NCBI GenBank assembly: GCA_002189035.1
Contig: NEEC01000002.1
Span: forward strand, 806,001-870,000
Length of the DNA stretch: 64,000 bases
Reading direction: 5' to 3'
DNA from: Utricularia gibba
Lineage: Eukaryota; Plantae; Magnoliophyta
In this document: piece after piece, positions 34,712 through 47,840 of the stretch
Layout: the number at the start of each line of letters is the position of its first letter
How positions within the stretch are numbered: position 1 is the first letter of the stretch
Notes under the pieces: model-generated
What the model was told of the DNA's origin: nothing
Databases searched by the model: none
The model's input: the letters and a program-made list of their open reading frames with translations, nothing else
Program-made: the position numbers and the translations under genes

Positions 34712-37013
34712 ATGAAGAAGGAGATAGCTACTGGTAGTGAACTGTCACAGCAGAAAAAAAGGCATAGACATATTGTGTCCTGGTCTTCAGAGGTAAGGGA
34801 GCTTTATTTGATTCTCAGTTGACATCTGGTTCCTAATAACTTCACTGAAAACATTTCGTTTTCAAATCAGGAGGATGAAATCCTGAGAGAGCAAATCAGG
34901 CTACATGGGACTGAAAAGTGAAAATTCTTGACTCTCTTGTTGGTTTCTTTGATTTGATGATGTGGTTGATCAATCTTTTTTGACAGTTGGGTCGTGATTG
35001 CATCGAAGTTTAGGGATAAATCAACTAGGCAATGCCGCAGAAGGTTGGTGAAAGTAAAATGGATGATGGCTACATTCAACTATCTCTCCCTGTTTCCATG
35101 GAGTTTTTCTTACACTTGTGTTTTTACTGTCTCAATAAAGGTGGTTCACTTACTTGAACTCTGATTTCAAGAGAGGAGGATGGTCACCAGAGGAAGACAT
35201 GCTGTTGTGTGAGGTTAAAACAGTTTTTATCCTAGCACTATCTTTTCTTCTCCACGGTGAAAAACCTGCTCTACTGGATTTGAGTACATAACAATGCGGG
35301 TATGATCTTAAACGCATTTCAGGCACAGAAGATGTTTGGAAACAGATGGACTGAGATTGCCAAGGTTGTCTCAGGCAGGTAATTCCATAGTAGCAAAGCA
35401 TATATCTGCAAAGGTGTTGCAAAACGGCAATTCTAGTTCTAATACACCCTGCTTTTCAGAACTGATAATGCTGTGAAGAATCGATTTACAACTCTCTGCA
35501 AGAAGAGGGCAAAGCATGAAGAAGTAGTAAGAAGAAGCAATGGATCTGAGACTACTCCACCTCGTAAAAGGATGAGGTTGTCTGAATTGACAAATTCTTT
35601 TCTATTATGATGTTTTTCACTTACTCATGTTTCATAAAATCGGTCATGTAGGACCTACATAACGAATACAACCTTAAACCAAGTAGAAGAAGCATCTGGT
35701 GATAATGGTGCTGCGAGTGATCTACATACATTAGTTGCTGAAAGTGCCTGTAGGAATACCATCAAACTACCTCCCCAGCAACAATGGGAGAAGAAATCAC
35801 TTGATGCTGGTAAGTTTTGTAGACTCGCATTGAGGAAGAAAGCCATAGCTTTGTCATTTTTGTTGCTTTATGCCTGAGATTCACATCAGGGAGTGGAAAC
35901 AGTATGACTAACTGTATAATCACTTAAAATTTCATGCTGAAATGTGATCCATTTCCACTCATGCAGCAGAAAACAATGCTGCTCAGCGAACATTTCTTTC
36001 AAGGGATGATCCAAGGATACGTACCTTGATGCAGCAAGCAGAATTACTCAGTTCACTTGCAATCAAGGTTAACTTGGAACAGACATATGAAAGCCTTGAC
36101 AATGCATCGATGGTAGTTGGAAAGCATAGTTATCTGAAAACAGTGTTGCATTTGAATGAAATAAAAAAGAATCAGATGATGCAATGTGTTTTTTGTTCTG
36201 AGCGACTTACTGTGCAGGCTCTTCAAGATTTTCTTGAACAAAACAAGCCATGTAATCAGCCATCATTTGGAAATCCAGATACTGGTTGTCAACTTGAGAA
36301 ATTCAATGATACTGTGGAGGGCTTATGGAGCTGTTCCAATGATGGGAGCAAAGGAGATTATTATGATTCTTCACTAGCTAGCTCTGAGTACAGCAGTGGA
36401 TCAAGCCTGCCTTCGGTTGATAAAACAGAAGTGTGTCAAGGAGAATTCTCTGTCCCACAAGAAGAAAATAGCCACGAATCGAAAGCAGATCAATTAGTTA
36501 ATAACCATTTTGTGGCTGGTGGAAAGCTTAACCGCCGCAAACCAAGCTGGATCGAAGGTAAACAATCTCCAATGATTTATGTCTGAGATGATATAAACAG
36601 CTCAGTCACAGGCTCTGAATTCTTCCACTTCGATGCAGTGGGAAACATATTAGCTTGTAGTGATGTAAAATATACTGACAGAGCAGTGACGTTTGACTGC
36701 CCCAGCAGGGAGTTTGATTCCCCTCTTCATGTGGCTCCATTATTCAGATCTTTAGCTGCTGCAATCCCCAGTCCCAAGTTTTCAGAAAGCGTAAGGAGTG
36801 CCATTTTGGTTACTTGTCATCCTTCGCAATACACTCCATGACATCTCGTTGTACATGTTGATTTCTCGACTACTTGAATAAGATCATTTCTCCTCCCTGC
36901 AGGAAAAGAACTTCCTGATGAAGACACTAGGAATAGAGCCAACTTCGCCACGCCCAGTATCGAATCCTTCACAACCTCCAGCCTGCAAGAGGTCCCTCCT
37001 CCATTGCCTATGA
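34712..37013 (+). CDS. FLP: FOUR LIPS/MYB88-type atypical R2R3-MYB, 11 exons, intact
   Basis: RHIVSWSSEEDEILREQI, WFTYLNSDFKRGGWSPEED, RTDNAVKNRFTTLCKKRAK, LMQQAELLSSLA and PLFRSLAAAIPSPKFSESEKNFL; all junctions GT-AG and in phase. Confidence 0.93.
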
Positions 37014-38724
37014 CTGATCTCAATTTGGAACTGGAATTCTGATCAGTCATTGCCAGCATTCTCAACTACCAACTTCTGTGTGGAGTTTTTGTTCTTGGAT
37101 TGCAGCCATTTAGACCTGAGTTTTTTCATGATAGGCCTGGGAAGATCTGCTGGGAATATAGCTTGCTATCAAGCTTCCTACTACTTCCAGAAGATCAACC
37201 TACATGATCTGCATCCTACTTGTTCCTTTTTTTTTTTTTTTTGCTTCCCATGGTGTGCCAGTGATTCTTTGTGTTTGTAGTGTGACGGAGAATGGATACG
37301 GTATCCGCAGCTCCGATTAGCATTCGGCTAGATAAGCCTGTACATATGAAGAAAGAGAAGCAACAGTGAAGTGTCTTAGTGCGTGCAACAATACGATGGC
37401 ATCTCGCCGTCAGAGTGAGTGATAGAGTTGGAAAGAATGAAATGCGGTCAGCATCATCTTTCTTTCCCTGTGGTTTTCTGTGTGCAATAAGTTCCCTTGG
37501 TTTTACAGTCATGTAACCATAGCCTACTGGTTTGAAGTATGTGATTTCATTACTCGAAAGTGTACCTGTTTCATTCTTCTCCAACAGAATTTGTGGAAAC
37601 ACCAAAAGGGATATGATAACCTGAGGGAAAGCTAAGAAATCATCTGTTGAAACATCGTGAATGGAAACAGACAGATTCCAATGAAACATAGAAAGTGGAA
37701 TGCTCACAGTGATACACTTTTTACTCTGAAGCTCCCTCATTTTCCCCCAAAACACTAACGCCTTCACAAAACACTGTATCACAGGATAGATTACATCTCA
37801 ATATTCAATGATCGGAGCTGCACAAATCCCAAAATGAATCGAAGTATGGTGCTCACAGCGTCTCCTGAAGGACACCCTGATAAATATACCCCGCCCAATA
37901 CCTGCAACGCAAAGTGACAAGAGAAGCACCCGATGGACGCTAGCAGTCTGAACTTCCAGTGCTAGTTCAGATCCTGCCCCTTCCGCAATTTGTCGGGCAA
38001 TTCATTTTCCCGGATTCCGATGCGCGGCGTAGACGTAGCGGTCGCCGGTAGGGATAGACCAGCGTGGCTTCCCACGTGGACAGCGGTTGGCTGAGATCGA
38101 CTCCATGCGTCCAAAACGTAAACGGTGTCTTTTAGCTTTTACATTTTTTATTCTAAAAATAAAATGGGATGACGTCATAAAATGAAAATGTCGTATATCC
38201 AGGGAAACGCGTCCACCGCCTACATGCTACCTGAGCTGGGAAAAATGGTTTCTTTATTCTCAGTGATATCACAAAGTCAACTAGCTTTGAGCGTTCACAT
38301 TGCACTCTCGTCAAAGTAGGAAGAAGCTGGTGTATTAATGGTGGGTTTTCTTTATCTTTGCCGCCATGACTTGATTTCCTGATGAAAAGGATCAGGTTTG
38401 GTGGAGAATTTCGCCTAGAGAGACTAATTGGAAAAAAATGAGCCGGGAGTCAAAATCGGGAAGTGTGCAGTGGTTTGAAATAAGTACATGAAATGGCACC
38501 GGGCGCCATATTGGGTCCACCGGGATTGTGAACAGGTAGGAAGAGGCAAATTTCGTTGCTTTTTGCCTCGCTGTTTCCTCACTTCTTCATCTGTGTTTTC
38601 AGTTTCTTTTTCTTGTTGTTTATGTGGCTTTGTTTTCTTTTAAGGCTGGAGTTCGATTCTCGTTTTGTGGGTCGTGAAGGTGCTTTTTGCGGGGTGTTCT
38701 GGTGTTGTTTTTGCTGAAAGTGAG

Positions 38725-40631
38725 ATGGGAAATTGTGTGGGTTCGCCGGCAAAAGTTGATGCCACACACAGCGCGCTGTCTGGTACTTTCCTTCTTTCAT
38801 TGTATCCCTGTTTTCTGTCGTCGGTGGATTCTTAGATCTGTTACTCTTCTTGAATGGATCTATCTATTCATACATAATATGAGACCCCAAACTCTCTAAA
38901 TTATGGAATGGGTAGCTCTGATTTACCCAGCAGTGATTTGATACAAAGCTTCCCTTTTTAAAGAAATCCACAGTGGAAGCAAAATAAAAACCTCTCTTGT
39001 TGTTTCTAGACACATTCATGGGCTTTGAATCTGAAGTGTGTTTCTTGCACTGGTTAGGCATGAGGTCTTTTCTTTTGTTCTGATGCAAATGATGGTCATC
39101 TGTTACCTGGTTTTCTTCGAATTAGTACACTTTCACTCTATTGAAACACTTCCTGCACACGTATATCTTATCTTTCTAATGTTTTCCCTTCAGAAGCATC
39201 GAAATTCGGAAGGATAACCACAACCAGTTCATCTGCTCCTTCAAGCACAAGCGCTGGTACGAAAAGCAGTTTTGAAGAGCCTCCCACCCCAAGATCAGAA
39301 GCTGAAATTTTGTCATCCACCTCCGTGAAGGCCTTCTCATTCAGTGAGCTAAAGAGTGCAACTCGAAACTTTCGGCCGGACAGTCTTCTTGGTGTAGGAG
39401 GATTTGGTTGTGTTTTCAAAGGATGGATCGATGAGCACACTCTTACTGCTGTGAAACCAGGATATGGATCTGTCATTGCTGTAAAAAAGTTGAAACCTGA
39501 GGGATTTCAAGGTCACAAGGAATGGCTGGTACACAGATATTATCAAATGGTTTCTCTGAACTGCCTGCATCTCTTTCCACTTCTCAACACCCTTCTTTCT
39601 GCAGACTGAAGTGAACTACTTGGGGCAACTTCACCATCCAAACCTAGTTAAACTCATCGGATACTGCTGCGAGGGTGATAAGCGCCTTTTGGTGTATGAG
39701 TTTATGCCAAAGGGAAGCCTCGAAAACCACCTGTTCAGGCGTACGCATCACCATCTTTGTTTTCGTGTCTTTCTCAAGAATGAGACGATACTTAGATGCA
39801 TTCTTTTTTCCAGGAGGACCTCAAGCCCTGTCTTGGGCCACCAGGCTCAAAGTTGCCATAGACACTGCTAGGGGCCTTGCTTTCTTGCACGAAGCTGAAG
39901 AACAAGTCATATACAGGGACTTCAAGGCTGCAAACATTCTCCTTGATGCGGTGAGACACTCGTCTAGGCAACTCCATTTCTCCGGTGTCGAGCTTCTTGC
40001 TTTGTTACTGACAACCCCTTTACAGGATTTCAATGCAAAACTGTCTGATTTCGGGTTGGCAAGAGCCGGTCCAACAGGAGACAGAACGCATGTGTCAACC
40101 CAAGTGCTGGGCACACAAGGCTATGCTGCTCCGGAATACGTTGCCACAGGTCCAATCCTCACCCTCTTCATTCACTTTTAATCTCATTTTTCTAACAAAC
40201 CATGCCCCGAAACAGGGAGATTGTCCGCCAGAAGCGACGTGTACAGTTTCGGCGTCGTTCTGCTCGAACTACTCTCCGGCCGCCGTGCCGTCGACAGATC
40301 AAAGGTGGGTGTCGAGCAAAGCCTGGTGGACTGGGCAAGGCAGTATCTAGGAGACAGGAGGAAGCTGTTCCGGATAATGGACATCAGACTCGAAGGACAG
40401 TACCCTCAGAAGTCTGCATTCGCTGCTGCAACCTTGGCATCGGAATGCTTAAACCTGGACCCGAAACACAGACCCAGAATGGCGACCGTGTTAGCGAAAC
40501 TCGAAGAGCTGCGGGATCCGAAGCGATGCGGGCGAAGTTCCAGGGGCGAGAGACAAGCAGATCCACTGCATTGTTCCGAGGAACAAACGCCTCTGCCTTC
40601 TCCAGTCCCGGCGCAAAGAAGAAGTTGTTGA
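38725..40631 (+). CDS. Receptor-like cytoplasmic kinase VII (PBL2/PBL3/APK2-like); exons 38725-38782, 39194-39528, 39605-39740, 39813-39949, 40026-40149, 40217-40631
   Basis: MGNC myristoylation/palmitoylation start, [55 protein letters not shown]. Confidence 0.92.
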
Positions 40632-41847
40632 TGTCTGTATAGCATAGCCAGCCTCCGATCCATGATTATATATGTATGTATCTTCTCTTGTACCGGTTCA
40701 ATATATGTTTTAAAAATCAAAATTCAAATATATGTTTGATTTTATTTTATTTCGAAAAAAAAGTATCATATAAAATTAAGAAAAATATCTGTATATTAAT
40801 TGTTCATGTACTCCATTCATAACTAATGAGTAATTGATTCTTCCATTCTTTTTTAGATCGAACATTTAATACATACGTTTGCTATAAAATTTTAAATTAA
40901 ATAAATAATTTAATTTAAAATTGATTCAAGATAAATTAAAATCGTATATACAAGTTTACGAAAAGTTGAGTAGATAGTATATTTTATATTAAATCGTATA
41001 TTTAACTCAATTTAAATGTATTCATATTTTATTTAAAAAATCCGAAATTTTCGGCGAAAACATTGATGGGGTGAACTTGGCCAACTTGTGTGGGGTGGGC
41101 TATCTTGGGCCTCGGCAATTTACTGACGTTGGGCTAAGAATAGTAAAAATGCAGCCAGCACATGTGGGCTCAAGAGCCCACATACCTTGGGAGACGAATC
41201 TCGAGCCGGCCCAACTAAATTTTACAAATCATGGGCCCATGGTGCATGCCGAGGGAGTGCACCCCGAATACGGGTTTGACCATTCCAATTGATTGGCATT
41301 TAAGGCAATTATACTTTGTTTGAACAAAGACATGCATTTAAGGTAGACGTGTTTGGTTGACCAAGTAATTAAGAATGTCTGAAGTGCTTGTAAAAGCCAC
41401 TAATGACACCAGGCTAAGTGTCATCACTTTTCTAAGTATTTGGGTAGATTAGTCCCTTCAAAAATGCCCCTCTACTCCCATAGGTATGCTTCTTTAGCAT
41501 TAACCTATTTACAATATCCCTATTTTGATTGATCAAAAAAATTATATAATATCATGTTTTTTTATCGAATTTAACTCATTTTATATCACCATAAAATCAT
41601 GATTGGAGCATTTTAGGTCTGACAGTATTCTATATTCGTTAATGAACGAGAAAAGGAATAGGATCATTCTAATTTTATAATAAATGACGGAAAAAACGTA
41701 AAACAGTAGCGTGAAAATATAGATATTCCTCCGGTTTCAACTTCCACCAGATCCACTGATAGTATTCGGTTCCGTGTGTATTTGATTGATGGTAGAATCT
41801 CTAGTATAAATGTCATATAGAGATGATCATGAGATGGGTATCAAATC

Positions 41848-43637
41848 ATGAGTTCCTTTCAGTTCGTTCTCTGGGCGTTTTGTCTGATTTCTCTACTTCA
41901 TATCTCAACTGCAGATGTGAGTCATCTTCTTTCCGCCATTTCAATACAGTATGGTCGTCACTAACAATCTCTTTTGACATTGTTGGCAGTGGTTGACCCA
42001 TGGAGGTAACCTTGCGAACACTAGAAGCGCTTCGGGAGGAAGCATCAACCCTTTTACGGTGAAGCAAGGCCTGTTGAAGCTGCAGTGGAAGTTCCTCGCA
42101 GGCTTCGATATCAGCGCTACGCCGGCGATCGCTGACGGGGTGGTGTACGTTTCGTCGTGGAATGGATATCTGTTTGCTGTGAATGCTTTCACAGGTACAC
42201 AGATATGGAATCAGAGCTTGGGACAGTTGACAGGGTTAGTACCCACACTTCATAACGTGACGCTTTCGCGCGCTACTCCTGTCGTCGCGGATGATCTCCT
42301 CCTTGTCGGAATCTGCGGGCCGGCGAACGTCGTGGCGGTGAGACGAGACACCGGTGCGCTCGTGTGGTCCACTCAAGTTGATTCAAGCGAATTAGCCATC
42401 ATCACTGCTTCTGGAACTTATCATCTCGGGTTAGTTGATTCATTCTTGATTTCAAGATGAATATTTTGATGATCAAGTTCTTGTGTTCAGTGGGTTTTAC
42501 GTCGGGGTTTCGTCTTATCAAGAGAGTTTGCCGACGGGTGAGTGCTGCAATTTCCGTGGAAGCATGGTGAAGCTCGATGCACAGACAGGAAGAATCATCT
42601 GGCAAACATATGCTATTCCCGACAACGGCGGCCGGCTGGATCAATACTCCGGCGGAGCCATTTGGGGCAGTAGCCCTGCAATAGACGTGGCCCGTGGCTT
42701 AGTCTACGTCGCCTCCGGGAATCTCTACACCGTCCCCCCTGATGTTGCAGAGTGCCAAGCCAAGCAAAACAACGAGACAACACCGCCGAAGACGCCGGAC
42801 CAGTGCGTTGCAGCAGATGTCCATTTCGATTCATTCATAGCATATGATATACAAACGGGAAGCGTCAAATGGGCAACCCAGTTGGGAGGTTATGATGTAT
42901 TTTACATCGCTTGTATTAACTCAAGCAATCCAGCTTGTCCGCCGGGGCCTAATCCAGATGCGGACTTCGGAGAAGCACCCATGTTGCTCACCATATTCTC
43001 CGATGGGCGTTACCGGGATGTTGCTGTGGCTGTGCAGAAGAACGGGATCGCTTGGGCTTTGGATCGCGACAATGGCAGCGTCGTCTGGTTCACAGTTAAG
43101 TTGTCAGCAAATTCAAGGCAAGTTGTGTAATGCAAACCATGAGATACATACCTGTGACATGATGATGTTGGGCAGAAAGCAGGACCTGGATCAGATGAAG
43201 GAGGAGGAATGTGGGGAGCTGCAACTGATGGAGTACGGATATACACCAACATTGTTAATGCGTACGGGCTTCCCTTCCAGCTAGCTCCATCCAACGCGAC
43301 GACTACCGCCGGAGGATGGGTGGGGTTGGATGCCAACACCGGGAACATCCTCTGGACGACGGCCAATCCAAGCAATGACACTTCTCGTGGACCGGTGACG
43401 GTGGTTAATGGAGTTGTATTTGGAGGTTCAGTAGCTCCCAACGGGCCTTTGTATGCGATGGAGGCTTCCACCGGGGAGGTTATTTGGTCGTATGACACCG
43501 GAGCCAGCATATACAGCGGAGCTTCCTACAGCTACGGGTGCATCTACATCGGTAATGGGTATGATGGCGGCTCACAGTACCCTGGTTGGACTAGTGGCAA
43601 GTATCTCTTTGCCTTCTGTGCAAACGAAGAAGAATGA
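41848..43637 (+). CDS. Secreted PQQ-like beta-propeller protein (polyvinyl-alcohol dehydrogenase-like); exons 41848-41916, 41990-42429, 42491-43094, 43176-43637
   Basis: Signal-peptide exon, WLTHGGNLANTR, repeated PQQ-type W motifs, GGAIWGSSPAID, DADFGEAPML. Confidence 0.85.
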
Positions 43638-45698
43638 AACAGGCACTGATCAGAAACAATACAAAATGAGTGGTATACTGTGCTAATAATGCCAGAGTTG
43701 CTGTAATCTCTGAAATTGTCAAACAACAGATGTTAATGTTGCTAAATATGTAAAACAAACTGTTAACACTGAGAATATCTCTTGTAACTGACAAGAAAAC
43801 TGGAAAGAGATGAAGTTTCACCATTTTCCTAGTTAAAGAATTAACTTCTACTTTACCAGGTGAAGCGAAAGCAATGCATAGAATGTAAAGTAAGACATTA
43901 GCATTATAGAAGACTCTGCAACTTTGGAGAGGAAACTCAAATTCATCCAAAAATATCATGCATTAGTTCTATAGTGGACCGGAAAGAACTACAGAAAATA
44001 AAAAAATTTAAATAAAATATGAGAGGAAGAGACCAGCACTCGACAGCGTCTCTTAGATATCCTCCGCATAGCATCGATATTGCCTCGCTCATTTATAATA
44101 CCTGCATAAATATTCTTTCTAAGTCACTGCACCTTCCTATGAATTTTCACTCACACGCTCCTGAGAGGCTACTTTTGCCTCTCTCTTGGACCGAAACGTT
44201 CATCAAATTTAGCAACTCGCACAAAATAATATGAGTTTTCAAATCTTTGTTGCAATTCTTCTGTCTTTTTTTTTCTCTCATTCTCCTTCCTGAGAAGAAA
44301 CTCACCTGCTGGGACATCCAAGTACTTGCACTTCTGCTTTCAGGATCTGGACTTTCTTCTTGTTTAACAGTTCCATTTTGTTTTCCAGGGCCTTTTCCGT
44401 TCCCATTCTTATTCCTTATAGCAAAAAATTCAAATGAAGGGATTATTTCTGCATCTTGCCTATATGCAGACAGACATGCAAGAATTTGGATATGCTCACC
44501 TATGATATGGAAATATGCAACTTCTAAAAAAACCCAAGTAGCAGAATAGAAAATACACGACTAGATGTAGCCAAATTTTCCTCACAAAGAAAATAACAAA
44601 CGCGAAAATGAAGAAATGGATACCTGTAAAAATAAGAGGGCATGATGAAAGCGTATCCGGTGCCTCTGTCCAATTCTCAGGGGCTTTCTCTCAGAATTTA
44701 TTCAAGAAATGAAGAATTCTGTTCATATATGAGAAGGTGAATGAAATTACAAATATCTTGACAAGAAAGGCGAAATCAGATAAACAATAAAACTCCATAC
44801 CAGATGGTACTGCTATCAAGCCTGCATCTACCGTAACATCTACATCGCCAAGAACCCGCGATTACATTCTCCACTAAAGTGAGGACAGCTTCCATTTCCA
44901 TTCCGATTCCCATCACTCTCTGCATCTCGAGTATCGAAACACACATTTTCGAGAAACGGATCAGTCACCGTCAAACCCCCGAAGTGTCAGCAATTCCAGT
45001 CCAGTAAGCGTCGTCCTGTTGAAGCTCTTCAATGGGTCGCGGCAGCGGGGCAACATATCGTGTTAGACCGCATCAACAGAGTCATTTCGAAACCTCGCAC
45101 AAACTGAACCCCACCACAGCGAAAAAGACCGCATCTAACAATGAGGCAAAAATGGCACATACTTTCATTACCCAACTCCATCAAAATGTAACCAATTTCA
45201 TCTATTTAAAGCACGAATCACACACTTGCATCGCGTGTAACAGCAAATGCCAGAAATCGTAAAGTTAATCCTTAAAACCAAAATGAAACCCTTATTTCGA
45301 CGGAGTTGTGGAATTCACTGTCGCCGGCGGCGCTACGGCACAGAAGTCTCTGAATGATATGTAGATCTGCAGTCTTTGCTGATAAAGACTCGAAATGACT
45401 TCAGGTTCATGAAATGTATTAATTAATATAAAAAAATTAGTATTTTATTTTAATATAAAATAGCATCAATTAAATGATCTCTTATGTTTTATTACAATAA
45501 AAAATTATATATATGATAAAAAAATTAAAAAATAATATTTCCTATAATATATATATATTTTTTTATCGTTATAAGCAATGAGATTTCCTTAGTATATTTT
45601 GTGTATGGAAATAAATTTGCAGTGAGCAGTACAACGATGGGAACACTCTGATCCTTTAAAGTTGCAACCTTTTACGTTCCCTTTATTCTGAAAAAGCA

Positions 45699-46522
45699 AT
45701 GGAAGGGGAAGAAGAACAAGTACACTACACAGCAAGAAAAGTTTCAATGAAACGGGAAGGGATTCCTTTCTCTCCTGGGCATGCTGATTCTCTCCGTTTC
45801 AATCTCCAGGGCAGATCCCAAGCTGCTCAAATGGAGGATGATGAACAGGAACTCCTTTTCCCCAGCCACCAGGAGAAGAAACGGCGGTTAAGAGCGGAGC
45901 AAGTTCAGTTTCTTGAGAAAAGCTTTGAGATTGAGAATAGGCTTGAGCCAGAGAGAAAAGCTCTGCTGGCTAAAGAAGCTGGTTTGCAGGAGAGACAAGT
46001 TGCTGTTTGGTTCCAAAACAGGCGAGCGAGGTACAGAACCAAGGTTCTAGAGAAGGATTACTATGCTCTGAAAGCGAGGTTCCAGACACTGAAAGCAGAC
46101 TATGATGCACTTGTGAAAGAGAATGAAGAGATGAGAAATGAGGTACAGTACATGTTTCTGGTGTTCTCCGTTGATCCTCTGCTTTTTTGTTCTTGTTTGG
46201 CTTCAGATTTGTAGCGTATCAACCTTATGTTCTTTTTTCATCAACAACACTTGTTTGCTCTGTGAAGATCATTCTTTTATCAGAGAAGATGAATCAAAAA
46301 GGAGAGAAGCTTAAGCAGGAAGAGTCCAATGAAGTGAAGCTACTGTTAGAGCCGCTAAATGGCGACCCTTTGGATTTTGATCTGTCACAAACTTTAGCCC
46401 AAGATGAAAAGAACAAGAGCACCCCAAAACTCGAGTTTGAATGGGATGAATATCTGCAACCAAATTGTTGCAATCTGGGATTCCCAGTTCGTAATCAGGG
46501 GACATGGTTCTGGAAGTACTGA
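45699..46522 (+). CDS. Homeodomain-leucine zipper class I transcription factor; exon junction 46142/46268 (possible extra in-frame intron at 45720-45810)
   Basis: [17 protein letters not shown]...LEPERK...[12 protein letters not shown] followed by a zipper, and a Trp-rich C-terminal AHA-like motif. Confidence 0.9.
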
Positions 46523-46989
46523 GTTTTAAAGAGAACAATAAGTGAAGATGAGTAACTGTAACTGGGTTTCATCAACCTGGGACCATCACCACGGGGAAGC
46601 AAGAAAGAAGAAGCAGAAGATTATGTTGATATATCATTGTTCTTTCCTTGTGAAGTGAAAAGGATTCACCCCTCCATGGGAATGGGATTGGGAGGGACTT
46701 GACAAGACAGGATAGGATGCCAACAAAAGTCAAGCTTTTAAAAGGCTTCAGTGCCACTCTTTTCAGTAGTACAACTGACTTTTGTGCACCATTCCTCACA
46801 AATTGTAAAATTCCCCCTGAGTGAGTTTTTCTTTTTTTTTTTCAGTGACACGAAATATGAAAATTTATTATAAAAAAGGCAGTACCTTACAGTAACGTTT
46901 GCAGTCTTCCGGGCCCATAATGGGCCGTTCGATAGCAAAAGCTCGAAACGTCGCTGTGAAGTGAAAAAGATGGGCCTGCCACTTGGCCC

Positions 46990-47310
46990 ACCCTCTGCAT
47001 TTGCTGTTTCCGTGCCGATCAGAAACAGAGATCAAACTCTTGACGGCAACCGCGACTCGTTTGCCCGATCGCGATGGGTTTTTCCAGACTACGGACGGCT
47101 TTGTCCATGCTTTCCACAATCAAATGACTCATGATCCGCCCAGATACCGATAGCCTAGTAATATTGGTATCCAGTTGAAGGTTGGATTAGGGATAGAATC
47201 TTTGGGGCATTTCGTCGAACACCTTGTATTCGTGGACTGGAGAGTGAAATGACGAATGAAGAAACAACGGATAGTTTGGCTGGAGCTTCGTTGCCTGCCA
47301 CCTGGCTTCA
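46990..47310 (-). pseudogene. Possible degenerate PPR gene fragment
   Basis: HEYKVFDEMPQR (about 47198-47234) is followed in a shifted frame by IPNPTFNWIPILLGY, and stops follow. Site II motifs lie at ~47337-47365. Confidence 0.4.
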
Positions 47311-47840
47311 TTAGCTGTCCCGCTAATTCCGAATATGTGGGCTTATTCGGCCCAATGGGCTTCGGGTTTTAAACGGGTTGCTATCAGAAGTTTTGTTCAT
47401 AGACGACGACCGGGCTCATATACAATTGATGAAAAAAAAATTATATTATAATTATTTTACAAATCATGCATATATCAAATAATATGTGTTTATAAAGTAG
47501 TAAATAAATTTTTTAAATACAGATGATAATTACAAATTATTTAAAAAATAACGCGTTTAAAATAAATGAAAAGTAAAGAATATCTTATTTTTCATTTATA
47601 AATATAAACAAAAAATAAAATGAAAAACAAGTGAAAATTACACGTATTCTGTGAATTATTTGTTTTTGTTTTAATTAAATTAAATGTTTTAACTTAATCA
47701 GCGTGTAATTAAGTGTAATCCCGTTGTGAGTAGATGTATCTTTTTTATGGGAAAAAAAACTATTTTTTTTATGTAACTTGAATTAGGTAACTGTACTTGG
47801 GGTGTGGGCAGGCGTCGTCTCTCGAATCACACGCATTTCC

